This document shows positions 8,214-18,178 of a stretch of 64,000 nucleotides of DNA, piece by piece. A model generated the notes under the pieces. That model was not told the DNA's origin. It did not search any database and worked only from the letters and a program-made list of their open reading frames with translations. The stretch's first letter is position 1; every line of letters starts with the position of its first letter. The DNA is taken from contig JBAZNP010000001.1 of NCBI GenBank assembly GCA_041649155.1, positions 173,808-237,807 of the forward strand, written 5' to 3'. Origin of the DNA: Patescibacteria group bacterium. Its GTDB lineage: Bacteria > Patescibacteriota > UBA1384 > XYA2-FULL-43-10 > 1-14-0-10-43-13. A program made the position numbers and the translations under genes.

Positions 8214-9674
8214 ATTCACATTTTTACTACAAAGAGCCATTGCATCAAATGGCTTTTTGTAATTCCAGAGTAGTTTTTTACCTCTCAACCTAAGGTTTGA
8301 AAGTACGAAATTGATAAGCTGTCTCTTTTCATCTAGTTCACAACTATCAAATAGCTCTACGGCTCTCTTTGCTAGTTCTATAATATAAAAACTCGTTATT
8401 AGGAACTCTTTATCAGCAGTAGTATGATTGCTCATTTTGCCATTCAAGAACTCTTGTCTGTCCTTCAATTCTAGGAATATTTTGTCATATTGGCCGTCAG
8501 TAATACGACCCTTCAAGTTATCCAAATAAGCTTTTTGGACCATACCATCAATTTCGTCAAATTCCTTTCTGAATTGGCGTATTGATGACTTGTATACATC
8601 TCGTTCAGAATAAAAGGTTTTTTCCATTTCAGTTTTTAGTTCTTCCACAACATCATCAGGCATTACTAAGCCAACAAACGCTTTTCTGACTTGAGACAAT
8701 AGTTCTTCCTCTGTAACCCTTTCAGCACCGCATTTGCCCTTATATTGGTTGCAGATGCAATAATTGATACCTTTAGTTGGGTCTTTACCAACCATACAAT
8801 CACAATGGTCGCATTTAACTAGTCCTCTAAATGCAAACGGCTTGCTTGCATACTTAATTACAGTATGAGATTTTCCCTCTCTTACAGCTTTGCATTTTTC
8901 AAATAGCCATTTTTCAATAAGTGGTTCATACCTATGAGGATGAAGTTTGCCGTTATAAAGCATAACCCCATAATAAAAAGGGTTCTTTAATATTTGGTCC
9001 AGTTGGCTTTTTATTACTGGCTTTCCTGCTTTAGTGCTATTTCTTAAACCCTCGTCTTTCAAAATTTGAACTATCTGCTTGAGGCCATAGTTTCCAGTTG
9101 AGTAGAGTTCAAATGCTTTTTTAACCAAATAACCCCTATTTTTATCAATAACTACTTCTTTCCTTTCATTGATATCAGCATTAAGGTAGCCGATAGGTGC
9201 TTTCTCTGGCCATTCGCCATTTCTTATTTTTTGCTCAATTGACCTTTTTACATCATCAGATAATCTGTTCAAATATTGCTTAGCAAGAAAGACCTTTGCT
9301 TCCCACATAAACATTTGGTTACCAGTAGCTTCTGCATTTATATAGAAACCCTCTTGAACAAAGTGTATTTCCAAGCCATCATTTCTTCTTAATTCGTCAA
9401 TATCAACAGCGTCTCGGAAATTTCTCGTTGCTCTGTCTACATTTTGGCAAAGCAAAACCCTAACATCCTTATTTTTCTTCAGATAGTCGAGTACTTCTTC
9501 AAATTTTCTTCTTATTTTGTGTCCAGCACTTTCAGAGAAAGAAAATTCTTTATCAATCTTAAAATTATTTTTGAGGGCATATTCTTTTAGTCTTCTTATC
9601 TGTGCAGGGAGCGAATGCCCCATTTCTTCCTGCTCTTTTGTCGAAACTCTTGCCAGAATTATAGCTTTTCGCAT
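8184..9674 (-). CDS. large serine recombinase (integrase)
   Basis: N-terminal resolvase domain (ILARVSTKEQ with the catalytic Ser, and VDRATRNFRD), a recombinase domain, and a Cys-rich Zn ribbon (CDHCDC...CICNQYKGKCG). The last 10 codons are encoded by the complement of the tRNA-Asn 3' half. Confidence 0.85.
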   Translation of the reverse strand: MRKAIILARVSTKEQEEMGHSLPAQIRRLKEYALKNNFKIDKEFSFSESAGHKIRRKFEEVLDYLKKNKDVRVLLCQNVDRATRNFRDAVDIDELRRNDGLEIHFVQEGFYINAEATGNQMFMWEAKVFLAKQYLNRLSDDVKRSIEQKIRNGEWPEKAPIGYLNADINERKEVVIDKNRGYLVKKAFELYSTGNYGLKQIVQILKDEGLRNSTKAGKPVIKSQLDQILKNPFYYGVMLYNGKLHPHRYEPLIEKWLFEKCKAVREGKSHTVIKYASKPFAFRGLVKCDHCDCMVGKDPTKGINYCICNQYKGKCGAERVTEEELLSQVRKAFVGLVMPDDVVEELKTEMEKTFYSERDVYKSSIRQFRKEFDEIDGMVQKAYLDNLKGRITDGQYDKIFLELKDRQEFLNGKMSNHTTADKEFLITSFYIIELAKRAVELFDSCELDEKRQLINFVLSNLRLRGKKLLWNYKKPFDAMALCSKNVNWLPELDSNQ

Positions 9675-9724
9675 AATAACCTTTCTTATTTATAATTATA
9701 CGTTACTTATAGTCAACAATAAAG

Positions 9725-10822
9725 TTATGTCCCGTCTAAATATTCGCTTATTTTAAGCATTTCAAAGCTACTCAACTGGTTTGATACTTGTTCAAATCCT
9801 TGAGCTTTAACGTTTTTAGGCAGATTTAGAGAGAGTATGTCCTTTTTAAGCTTAGTAAAAGTTTTACCAGATGATGCTTTCTCTAGTAGTCTTTTGAATC
9901 TATCCGCACCCTCCTCTTTGATAACCCTAACAGACATCGCTAACGCCAGTGCTGTAATCGGTCTAAATTTACGGCTCTCTAAAATTTTTTCAAGAACAGT
10001 AAAATCATCGCTGTCCTTTATAAGTGCTAATTGCATATTTGAAGTTATCTCTTCCCAATAATGATTTAGCACCTGTTGAGATAGCTTTTTTGAGAACATA
10101 TTTTCTAAGGTCAAATCATTAGTAATGTTGAGAGTTTTGAATAATTGTTTAATCTTTGCCCTTTTCACTAATCTAATTTCAAATCTCAACACTTCCATCG
10201 GTCTCTGTTTCTTCTTAATTTCGTCAAATAAATTAAGCTGAATTGCACTCTCTTTCTCAAAAGCTCTTTTTTCGCTTATCTTGGATTGCTCCATATCCTT
10301 AATCTTGTCGTAAATTGCAATTTCAAATGAATTACAGTGAAAATGCAAAATATAACCAAAATTTCTAAAGCTATTTTGTTGAATATCAAGGCGTTTAGTT
10401 AGGTCAATCTTCTTAAGTTCATTCAGAATCATTGTACTTTTCCAGTAATTGCTTAGAGCTATATTTTTAGAAAAATCTATTTTTGACACATCAGCCGTTC
10501 TCAAAAAAGAAGGAAAAACCCCAATGCCCATAATCTTTAATCTTTCGGCAAGAATTTTGACGAGACTGTCGAAATCAGTTTCATTAAGTTCATCAAAGTT
10601 GTTACCGAACAGCATTTTTGGTGCTGAAAATTCAATCTTTAAGAACAACTTTGAACCGCCCCGCTTATATGGGGTCAATCTTGGCAAATAAACATCGCTT
10701 TTTCTGCTTCCGTTATAGGCGAGTTTGTCAAAGCCATTGTTAGAGGAAATTGGGATGAACTTAGTGTTATCTGTTATCCAAAATTCATTCGGCTTCAAAG
10801 TTATGGCTATTGTATCTATCAT
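9725..10822 (-). CDS. putative replication-initiation protein (Rep_trans-like), or hypothetical
   Basis: About 365 aa with no clear motif. The assignment is only by general resemblance to rolling-circle or phage Rep proteins and by island context. The start is uncertain and overlaps spoVG. Confidence 0.3.
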   Translation of the reverse strand: MIDTIAITLKPNEFWITDNTKFIPISSNNGFDKLAYNGSRKSDVYLPRLTPYKRGGSKLFLKIEFSAPKMLFGNNFDELNETDFDSLVKILAERLKIMGIGVFPSFLRTADVSKIDFSKNIALSNYWKSTMILNELKKIDLTKRLDIQQNSFRNFGYILHFHCNSFEIAIYDKIKDMEQSKISEKRAFEKESAIQLNLFDEIKKKQRPMEVLRFEIRLVKRAKIKQLFKTLNITNDLTLENMFSKKLSQQVLNHYWEEITSNMQLALIKDSDDFTVLEKILESRKFRPITALALAMSVRVIKEEGADRFKRLLEKASSGKTFTKLKKDILSLNLPKNVKAQGFEQVSNQLSSFEMLKISEYLDGT

Positions 10823-11087
10823 TACTTTTTTCAATTACTTCTTTGGCTTTGTTAATTATTGCTTCTTCAATACTCTTGGAAGTTTCTTTATTGATGGGAT
10901 GGAATAAATTTATTTGCCTAATCCCAATTTGCTTTGTGGGGTAGGTTATCCGATAGCCAGAACCATCAGCTTTTACGTGTATCCCAATAGAACTTAAGTA
11001 GATGCTCTGATTAACTACCAAGCTCGCAAACGCAATTAGACCATCTTTTGCCTTAATGGGGATAATTTGTACTTCAGATATTTCCAT
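10785..11087 (-). CDS. spoVG: SpoVG-family nucleic-acid-binding protein
   Basis: MEISEVQIIPIKAKDGLIAFASLVVNQSIYLSSIGIHVKADG...FHPINKETSKSIEEAI aligns to the SpoVG core (MEVTDVRLRRV...AIASITLD...HDIRV...HPIN). Confidence 0.6.
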   Translation of the reverse strand: MEISEVQIIPIKAKDGLIAFASLVVNQSIYLSSIGIHVKADGSGYRITYPTKQIGIRQINLFHPINKETSKSIEEAIINKAKEVIEKSNDRYNSHNFEAE

Positions 11088-11316
11088 CGTTTACTCCTTC
11101 TTTTTCTTTCTGTCTTATTCGGAGGTCTATTTTCATAAGTAATTCAAAGAAGCCGACTAAATTGCTTTTCATATCTGCAATCTCATCAACAGAAAGAGCG
11201 TGGCCGTAAAGTTGTTCAAGGGGTGTAGATTGTTTTTTGGTTTCTTGCATAAAAAATATCCTCGAATAGAGGATACTTCTTAGATTATGGTCGCTACTAT
11301 GCTACTGAATGGTCTC

Positions 11317-11991
11317 TTATGGTCTCAAATGGTCTTTGTCTTTATTATTGACTCTTACCATTAAGCTCAAATTACCGCAGTTATTGACTAATTCGACAGG
11401 TTTTAATTTTGTTCTAGTCCTTATCTTCTTAATCCTGTCGTTTATAATAATATTATTTAGTGTTTTATCATTTGCGTCAGATTCGCTTAAACCGAGTTCG
11501 CTCAATAGCTCCTGCCTTGAAAGGTAACCGTTATTAAGAACTATCTTATTGAATATCTTGTAAAGATTTTTATCTGTTTGAAATTTGAACGGATTGTCCT
11601 TGATATAACCAATCCCAGAACTAGGACTATACCAGTTTGTAGTTTCTGGCTCGGCAATCTGTTCTTTCTTAGTTTTGCCTTTTCTTAATTGTTCAAGGGT
11701 TAGTCTTCGTATTTCCGCTTCCTCTCTCTGTTTTGTAAAATCAGGGGCAATAGCCGTATAAGTTACTGGCTCAGGGAAATTAAATTGGGGCATCTCTATT
11801 TTTCCAAGGCGTTTCAAGTTTTCTGCAGCTGAGGCTGCCGCATCTTTTACGGCAGACAACATAGTTCCAGAAATAATATCTTTTGGGATTATGCTGTTTG
11901 CTTTTACTAATTCGCCAAGACCTGAAAAATTATCCGAGGATTCGGGAAGATTATCTAGGTCTAAATCAAATTTTTTACTATTTTCGCTCAT
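11317..11991 (-). CDS. hypothetical protein
   Basis: 224-aa ORF on the island with no recognisable motif. Confidence 0.4.
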   Translation of the reverse strand: MSENSKKFDLDLDNLPESSDNFSGLGELVKANSIIPKDIISGTMLSAVKDAAASAAENLKRLGKIEMPQFNFPEPVTYTAIAPDFTKQREEAEIRRLTLEQLRKGKTKKEQIAEPETTNWYSPSSGIGYIKDNPFKFQTDKNLYKIFNKIVLNNGYLSRQELLSELGLSESDANDKTLNNIIINDRIKKIRTRTKLKPVELVNNCGNLSLMVRVNNKDKDHLRP

Positions 11992-12016
11992 ATTATTACT
12001 GCTTTAGGTTCGTTTT

Positions 12017-12898
12017 TTAGAACTTCATTTCAGGCACTTTTTTAGTTTTAATTCTATCATCCATAGTATCTATATTTTCTAGTAGTTGCTTATCAGGAAT
12101 TTTTATTGCTATCTCTTTTGATAAATTAAGGTATTTCCTAGCTTCTCGGTATCGGTACATTGTCCTCAGCTGATTGGCATAATTATAAAGAGCTAGTGCT
12201 TTTTCTGGCAAATCGTTATTTTCTTCTGAGATACTAATCGCTTTGAGAAAAAACTTATCAGCTTCTTTGTGTAGTAATTTCAATCCTTTTTTGTCTTTTC
12301 TATTATACAAGAGATGCTCTAATCTTTTCTCAATCAACCAATGTTGTAACCCATTCTTTCCAATTTTATTGTATCGTAATTCCATTGAGCGATAGCCGTA
12401 TGCTTGGCCAATCATTGAATAAACAGTTGACATAAGAGCAGAATCTTTTGTCTTATCTGCTATGCCCTCTGCTTCCTTGAGACTTTGTGTTGCATTTTCT
12501 TCTAGGTCACTTAGCTCTTGCTCAAGCGTTTCATATTCAACTTGTTCTCTTTCAAGCGAAAACTCAAACCATTCAGGCGAGAGTTTTATTCTTTTCATTC
12601 TGTCTATACTTCTTAGTTTCTTGTGAAGTGAGAGCAATCCTTTATAACACAAAGCGATAGCTTTTATATCCTTGTCTACCAATCTGTTGGACAAGCGTAT
12701 TGTTTCGTTGGTTATGACCAAAAGCTGTTCTGTATCTCTCACAGGGTCCAAAGAACGATTAAGCTCCAGACCACAATTTAATCGCATAACCACATTAGAA
12801 GAAGAATTAAAAATATCAAGAAACATCTTTGCTGCTTCCTCTTTATGCCCAACTACGATCATTGCTTCGGCTTGGCTAAATTTATCTTCTTCGGACAT
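12017..12898 (-). CDS. hypothetical protein (helical, possibly TPR-like)
   Basis: 293 aa. Overlaps the upstream gene by 17 nt, which suggests an operon. Confidence 0.45.
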   Translation of the reverse strand: MSEEDKFSQAEAMIVVGHKEEAAKMFLDIFNSSSNVVMRLNCGLELNRSLDPVRDTEQLLVITNETIRLSNRLVDKDIKAIALCYKGLLSLHKKLRSIDRMKRIKLSPEWFEFSLEREQVEYETLEQELSDLEENATQSLKEAEGIADKTKDSALMSTVYSMIGQAYGYRSMELRYNKIGKNGLQHWLIEKRLEHLLYNRKDKKGLKLLHKEADKFFLKAISISEENNDLPEKALALYNYANQLRTMYRYREARKYLNLSKEIAIKIPDKQLLENIDTMDDRIKTKKVPEMKF

Positions 12899-13829
12899 AT
12901 TTGTATCTTATACTTAATAAAAATATTCTAAGTTTATTGGGGATTACCTTTTTTAGAAAAAATTTGATATCCAGAGGGTATTTGCTAAACCAAATTCTTT
13001 TTAAGGCAGAGGAGCTGGACACAAAGTAGTTACGGCACGACCCTCTAATCATTCTGTTATCTTCCTGAACACGTTTATCTGAAATTTCAATGTATCCTCT
13101 TAAATCGTTCCAGCAGAAACAAGCCACAATATCAGTAGATAGCGGTATTGTCAGCTGGATATTCTTTTGACCCAAGCCATACCCATAAAATCTTTGCCAC
13201 TGCAAATCAGGATTAAACAAATGGCAAGGTTCATCAGAAGTTATGAACTTAGCTTTACCTTTTTTTGCTGAGCATAAGAAAGATAAGTTCATATGAACGA
13301 GCATTTCTGTTATATCTGGCAACAGATTTGACAAAGTTAACTTATGAGCGTCTGTCTTATAGCTTCTGAGTTCATTGGATTTCTTCGGAGGTATATTATG
13401 AGCAGCTTCCATCCGCTCTGTCATTTCAATAATCTGGTCTAAGTTCTGTTCAATGTTTTCCTTTTGACCTTTAGTTCTTAGCATCATTGCGGCAACAAAA
13501 GCGCACAATATAATATGTTCTTCATTAGACAAGGGTTTTCTTTTTGCAATCTTATCCTGAAAAATGAGGGCATACTTATCTTCCAGCTCAGAAAGAGAAA
13601 TTTCAATTGAGTAATCATAAACGTTATTGGCACAAGAAGCTTTAGGGGATTTTAACGAGTAAATATGTTTGCTAACAAAAGCTTTCTCAACTTTCTTGAG
13701 TTCTTTTGTCTTGCCGTCTTTGCTAAATATCCATATCCGCGGGTCGTTGCCCGACTGACTTGGGTCTGAAAATTGCTTAAGATAGCATTGAGAAATATAA
13801 TGTTGTCGCTTAGGATTACCCATAAGCAA
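12882..13829 (-). CDS. DUF4238-like protein
   Basis: The N-terminal RQHYISQCYLKQF motif resembles the DUF4238 signature (HYvPqfYLrxF). Confidence 0.4.
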   Translation of the reverse strand: MLMGNPKRQHYISQCYLKQFSDPSQSGNDPRIWIFSKDGKTKELKKVEKAFVSKHIYSLKSPKASCANNVYDYSIEISLSELEDKYALIFQDKIAKRKPLSNEEHIILCAFVAAMMLRTKGQKENIEQNLDQIIEMTERMEAAHNIPPKKSNELRSYKTDAHKLTLSNLLPDITEMLVHMNLSFLCSAKKGKAKFITSDEPCHLFNPDLQWQRFYGYGLGQKNIQLTIPLSTDIVACFCWNDLRGYIEISDKRVQEDNRMIRGSCRNYFVSSSSALKRIWFSKYPLDIKFFLKKVIPNKLRIFLLSIRYKYVRRR

Positions 13830-13883
13830 AATATAGTTCTATATGGGCAATAAATCAAGGAAAAGTGTGTTTAATCTAGGGGA

Positions 13884-14573
13884 TTAAAGGTCCAGTAACT
13901 TTTCACCAAGCGAAGTGCTTAATTGCCATTTCATACTGCCATTTGAGAACATTTCGTTTATCATACCTAGCTCGTGCTGGTCTGCCCATTCTTTTGGAAA
14001 GGGATAAGCATCTTGATTCTTGCTGACCAAGTCAACACAATAAGAAATATCAATACAATCAGTAGCTAATTTTGCTTGACCGTCTTTATCTCTTACTTTC
14101 CCATAATTGATATCCCAGTTCTTAAAATCCTCAATTTTTTCTTTATCATCAAAAAGACTGTAATAAGATTTCTTGTCTTTGGAATGTAACTCAACGGCCG
14201 CTTTTTTCAGCTCTTCATCGGTAGGTTTTTGCGAGAAAACAATTAGTTTCCAAGTCTTCCCAGATTTTTGATAGCTAGTGACTTCACTGTAGGAAATTGT
14301 TGGCGTTGGGTTAGCTTTTGGTGTTTCTGTTGTTTGTTGGGCGGATTGCGCAGGTTGTTCTTTCTTCTCGTTTGTTGAACTTTTATCTGAACTTGAAGAA
14401 GAACCTGCAAGAACAAAGAACACAATAATTACTGCTCCTGTGGCAATCCATTTATTTCTTTTGTTCCAATCTGTTTTTGCCCAAACATACCAAGTAAGAA
14501 AGAACGGCCAGATACATATTGCCAGTATTACTCCCCACCATTTTTTGTACCATACTTGTTTCTCTTCTTTCAT
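13884..14573 (-). CDS. membrane protein, paralog A1 of 22032..22673
   Basis: N-terminal TM segment (WWGVILAICIWPFFLTWYVWAK) followed by a Ser-rich linker. Clear similarity to the protein at 22032..22673. Confidence 0.5.
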   Translation of the reverse strand: MKEEKQVWYKKWWGVILAICIWPFFLTWYVWAKTDWNKRNKWIATGAVIIVFFVLAGSSSSSDKSSTNEKKEQPAQSAQQTTETPKANPTPTISYSEVTSYQKSGKTWKLIVFSQKPTDEELKKAAVELHSKDKKSYYSLFDDKEKIEDFKNWDINYGKVRDKDGQAKLATDCIDISYCVDLVSKNQDAYPFPKEWADQHELGMINEMFSNGSMKWQLSTSLGEKLLDL

Positions 14574-14575
14574 TT

Positions 14576-15163
14576 TTACCCTTTCTTGTTAATATTTTTT
14601 ATGCCCTTAAAATAAAGTTCAGCATCCTTTGAGCTTGGACCAGATATAATAAAATGTTCATCTTTAGCCATTTCGGGATATTTTATAGTTAATGAGTTTT
14701 TTAGCATTCCATTATTAAATAAAATATCAATCGCTTTCTCATATAAAACACTTATCATTGAATTTTGCCCGACAAATATAAATCGTTTGTTGGTCATAAT
14801 CATTTGACCTGCATCTATCCTCTCAACCGCTTCTACTGATTTTTCAGAGGTTTTACTTCCCGCTGTTACAGCTCCGCCTAAAGCACCGAGTGGACCGAGC
14901 AATAATCCTCCGACAACCGCTCTGCCAGCAACACCTTTTTTCTTTTCGGTGCTGATTGTATGACTTACAATTGCCATTCTTTGAGATGAGAAAGTAGCAT
15001 ATGCATTCTCATCTGGTTCAAGGTTAAAATCAGTTTTTATCGGTTGGATATGACCTTCCAATATCTCGTTTTTTCTATGCTCTTCCTCAGCTTTTTTCCT
15101 ACTTTGCTCATCTTGATAATTTTCATAACCTTTTTTGATTTTAGAAATCAGGTCAAAACCCAT
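14576..15163 (-). CDS. glycine-zipper TM plus bacterial-PH-like protein, paralog B1 of 21432..22010
   Basis: KKGVAGRAVVGGLLLGPLGALGGAVTAGSKT is identical in both paralogs. The C-terminus (TNKRFIFVG...) is bPH_2-like. Start set at MGFDLISKIKKGY by homology. Confidence 0.5.
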   Translation of the reverse strand: MGFDLISKIKKGYENYQDEQSRKKAEEEHRKNEILEGHIQPIKTDFNLEPDENAYATFSSQRMAIVSHTISTEKKKGVAGRAVVGGLLLGPLGALGGAVTAGSKTSEKSVEAVERIDAGQMIMTNKRFIFVGQNSMISVLYEKAIDILFNNGMLKNSLTIKYPEMAKDEHFIISGPSSKDAELYFKGIKNINKKG

Positions 15164-15250
15164 AACGAACCTCTTTCTATGATTACTATTTCTGATAGTG
15201 TGACTTATAATCCGTAGACCTATAGTCATAATCTACCACAAAATGGTAGT

Positions 15251-15478
15251 ATGATAAAAGAGCAAGAGCTAAAATCTATCACAAAGAAATTCGGCCAACG
15301 AATTAGAGATGAGCGTACGAAGCAAGGGATATCCCAAGAGGAGCTTGGTTTTAGGACTGGTTTGGATAGAACTTATATTTCAGGTATTGAAAGAGGCGAA
15401 AGAAATCCGTCACTTAAAAACATCGCCAAAATAGCCATTGCTCTAAAAATAAACTTGAACGAGCTCTTTACCCTCTAA
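15251..15478 (+). CDS. XRE-family HTH transcriptional regulator
   Basis: QEELGFRTGLDRTYISGIERGERNPSLKNIAKIAIAL is a classic Cro/C1-type HTH. Confidence 0.7.
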   Translation: MIKEQELKSITKKFGQRIRDERTKQGISQEELGFRTGLDRTYISGIERGERNPSLKNIAKIAIALKINLNELFTL

Positions 15479-15527
15479 CAGTCTTCAAAATTTGGCTTTA
15501 CTAAGCTTTTTTTGGTATACCAAGATT

Positions 15528-16094
15528 ATGATGAATTTCTCAAACAATGTTTTTGGACCGCAACCGCCTAGGTTCTTACCGATAAAACCGCCAAAGCGGA
15601 AAGTTTTTATTAGCTTTCATCACGCCAATGACCAACAAGCTTACAATATATTGAAGAGATTATTTTCTGATAAATACGAGGTGTTCGAGGACCATTCGTT
15701 AAACAACCAGCTAATCAATAGCCAAATAGCCGAAAATATTGACCGAGCAATACGAGAGCGTTTTATAAAAGGGTCTTCAATTACAATTGTTCTGTGCGGT
15801 GAAGAGACCCACAAAAGAAAATATGTTGATTGGGAGATAAACTCAACATTACTACACGAACACGCATTGCTCGGAATTGTTCTACCGACAGCTACAAAGA
15901 ATGTTCAAAACCAGCACATTGTTCCAGACAGATTGGCTGTGAACGCAAATTCTGGCTATGCCCACTGGGAGCTGTGGGATAATTGTGCTGGAAGTGCAGA
16001 CAATATAAATATGGCAATTGAAGTGGCATTGTTAAATAGTAAAAACAAAAAGCTACTAGACAATTCTCTTCCTAAGATGCATAGGAATTTATGA
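15528..16094 (+). CDS. TIR-like domain protein (DUF1863 / ThsB-like)
   Basis: KVFISFHHANDQQ and KYVDWEINS motifs typical of MTH538/TIR-like domains. Overlaps the downstream gene by ATGA. Confidence 0.55.
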   Translation: MMNFSNNVFGPQPPRFLPIKPPKRKVFISFHHANDQQAYNILKRLFSDKYEVFEDHSLNNQLINSQIAENIDRAIRERFIKGSSITIVLCGEETHKRKYVDWEINSTLLHEHALLGIVLPTATKNVQNQHIVPDRLAVNANSGYAHWELWDNCAGSADNINMAIEVALLNSKNKKLLDNSLPKMHRNL

Positions 16095-16516
16095 AGAACG
16101 ATGAAAAAATAAAGCATCTAGAGTTCATTCAAGGCGTCATCAACCGTTTGGCCAATAACTCCTTCTTGATTAAGGGATGGCTAATAACAATTACTTTAGC
16201 TGGACTGAGCTTTTATCTGACTCAAAAGAAGACCACCATTCTACCAATTCTATTGGCAACAGCAATTCTTTTTTGGTTTTTGGATTCTTATTATCTTAGA
16301 CAAGAGCGATTGTTTAGAAGATTGTATGCCGATGTGGTAAAAGGAAAAATAGAGCCAATCTTTGATATGGATGTTTCAAGATATCAAGACAAAATCCAAA
16401 ACTCATTTGCCACAATGTTCTCTTATCCCAATTGCTTTTTATATATTGCGATTATTGCACTAATATTGGTTCAAATTGTGCTGTCTCTCAAAATTGAGAT
16501 AAGCATAAAATTCTAA
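16091..16516 (+). CDS. small multi-TM protein, SLATT-like putative membrane effector
   Basis: 141 aa. An N-terminal helix followed by 2 to 3 hydrophobic TM segments. Translationally coupled to the TIR-like gene. Confidence 0.35.
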   Translation: MKNDEKIKHLEFIQGVINRLANNSFLIKGWLITITLAGLSFYLTQKKTTILPILLATAILFWFLDSYYLRQERLFRRLYADVVKGKIEPIFDMDVSRYQDKIQNSFATMFSYPNCFLYIAIIALILVQIVLSLKIEISIKF

Positions 16517-18159
16517 CGAGTTAAAGTTAATTCGGGTATTCTCTTGAGAAAAGCATACTCGGACAGAACTTTAATTTCGTTATTTAATTGCAGAATTGAA
16601 TCATAGTATTCAGTTCTGAACTTATACACCAAGGGGAGCCATAGTTGCGATTTTATAAAATGAGCTTGTGATTCACCTTGTTGAGTCTCAACTTGTGGTA
16701 AAGAAAGCAGTGTTTCAAACAATTCAGTTGGCACTGCTTTTTTGATTTTCCTATTTTCGACTATTATCTCGTTCCAAAATAGGTCAATATACGCTCTTTT
16801 TCTTTTTGGACTTGCCGTCAAATATGCCTTGAATACATCCTCTGCTAAAAACATTAGCTCTTCAAACACCCGTGTGTTATCAGCTCTATTTACTTGAAGC
16901 TTGCCTAGTTTCTTTTCTACAACTTTCAGCTCGTTCTTTATTCTTGTGGTTTGTCGGATATAAGTTTCACTACCAATTACTCTGTTGCCAAGGTCTTCTT
17001 CATAGTTAGATCTCTGCTTTTCTAGCTTGTTTTGCTCGGACAACAAGTTGTTTCTAGCAATATCAATATGATTATGATTTTGCGATAGATATTTTTTTGC
17101 CTGAAAGACTATTTTTCCAATCAGCCGTTTGGGTAATTGAAGATTTTTGAATAACTCTTCTACCATTTTCTCCAAGTCCTTAGTGCTTATGTTCTGTAAT
17201 TTATTTGAGTGAACAGAGCTACTTGCGGGACAATGATAATACGCTTTTTCTTTAGCGCCGTGATGCTCAGCGGTGTAATGCCGACCACATTTCCCACATT
17301 TTATATAACCGCTTAAAAGAAATTGATGTTTTCTTTTTCTGTCGACATATTTGTTGTGTTGCTCTAAAATTTCATTGCAAGTTTCAAAAGTTGTTTGATT
17401 TATGATTGGCTCGTGCTTTCCTGGATAAATTTCACCTTTGAATTCAATTTTTCCAGTATAAAAAACTTCTTTAAGAATGTTGATCATCGCTTGCTTCCCA
17501 ATTTTGTTGCCAGTTCGTGATCTTAAGCCTTCCTCAAACATAATGTCGCACAGATTTTCAACAGAATATGATCCGGTAGCAAATAGCTTAAATGCTTTTT
17601 CAAGTAATGGTGCGACTACCTTATCTAGTGCTATAATATTTCTCTCAAAACCACTCGTTACTGTTTCATTAACCACATTCTTATAACCTATTCGTGCAGG
17701 ACCAGCCCACCAACCTGCTTGAATCTTCTCCATCATTGAAATACTAGTTTTTCTGCCTGTTATCTTTGGGGTTAGTGCATTAACTGCAGCCAAAATTGAA
17801 TCCATAAATCTACCCTCGGGTGAGTCATCTAACATAGGCTGATTTATTGATCTGATCTTCGTTCCAGATTTTAGTAGCATTGATTTAACCGCGAAATGTA
17901 GAGACTCATCTCTAGCCAATCGGTCAGTATCAATAACGTAAACGTAATCAACAGAGTTATTCTTACAATAAGCAATCATTTCTTGCAGTCCTGGGCGGTT
18001 CGGATTGCTTCCAGATAAACCTTCATCTTGAAAAACTTCAAGCAAGTTGCCTCCGTCTTCGGCAATAGCTATCTTTCCTTTGCTCATTTGCGTTGGGATA
18101 GAGCAATCCTTTTTGGCCTGTTCGTCAGTGCTTACACGTCCATAAATTACACAATTCAT
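16513..18159 (-). CDS. large serine recombinase (second copy)
   Basis: IYGRVSTDEQ with the catalytic Ser, VIDTDRLARDE, a recombinase domain, and a Zn-ribbon Cys cluster (CGKCGRHY...HCPA). Confidence 0.85.
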   Translation of the reverse strand: MNCVIYGRVSTDEQAKKDCSIPTQMSKGKIAIAEDGGNLLEVFQDEGLSGSNPNRPGLQEMIAYCKNNSVDYVYVIDTDRLARDESLHFAVKSMLLKSGTKIRSINQPMLDDSPEGRFMDSILAAVNALTPKITGRKTSISMMEKIQAGWWAGPARIGYKNVVNETVTSGFERNIIALDKVVAPLLEKAFKLFATGSYSVENLCDIMFEEGLRSRTGNKIGKQAMINILKEVFYTGKIEFKGEIYPGKHEPIINQTTFETCNEILEQHNKYVDRKRKHQFLLSGYIKCGKCGRHYTAEHHGAKEKAYYHCPASSSVHSNKLQNISTKDLEKMVEELFKNLQLPKRLIGKIVFQAKKYLSQNHNHIDIARNNLLSEQNKLEKQRSNYEEDLGNRVIGSETYIRQTTRIKNELKVVEKKLGKLQVNRADNTRVFEELMFLAEDVFKAYLTASPKRKRAYIDLFWNEIIVENRKIKKAVPTELFETLLSLPQVETQQGESQAHFIKSQLWLPLVYKFRTEYYDSILQLNNEIKVLSEYAFLKRIPELTLTR

Positions 18160-18178
18160 ATTTATCCTTTACTTAAAA

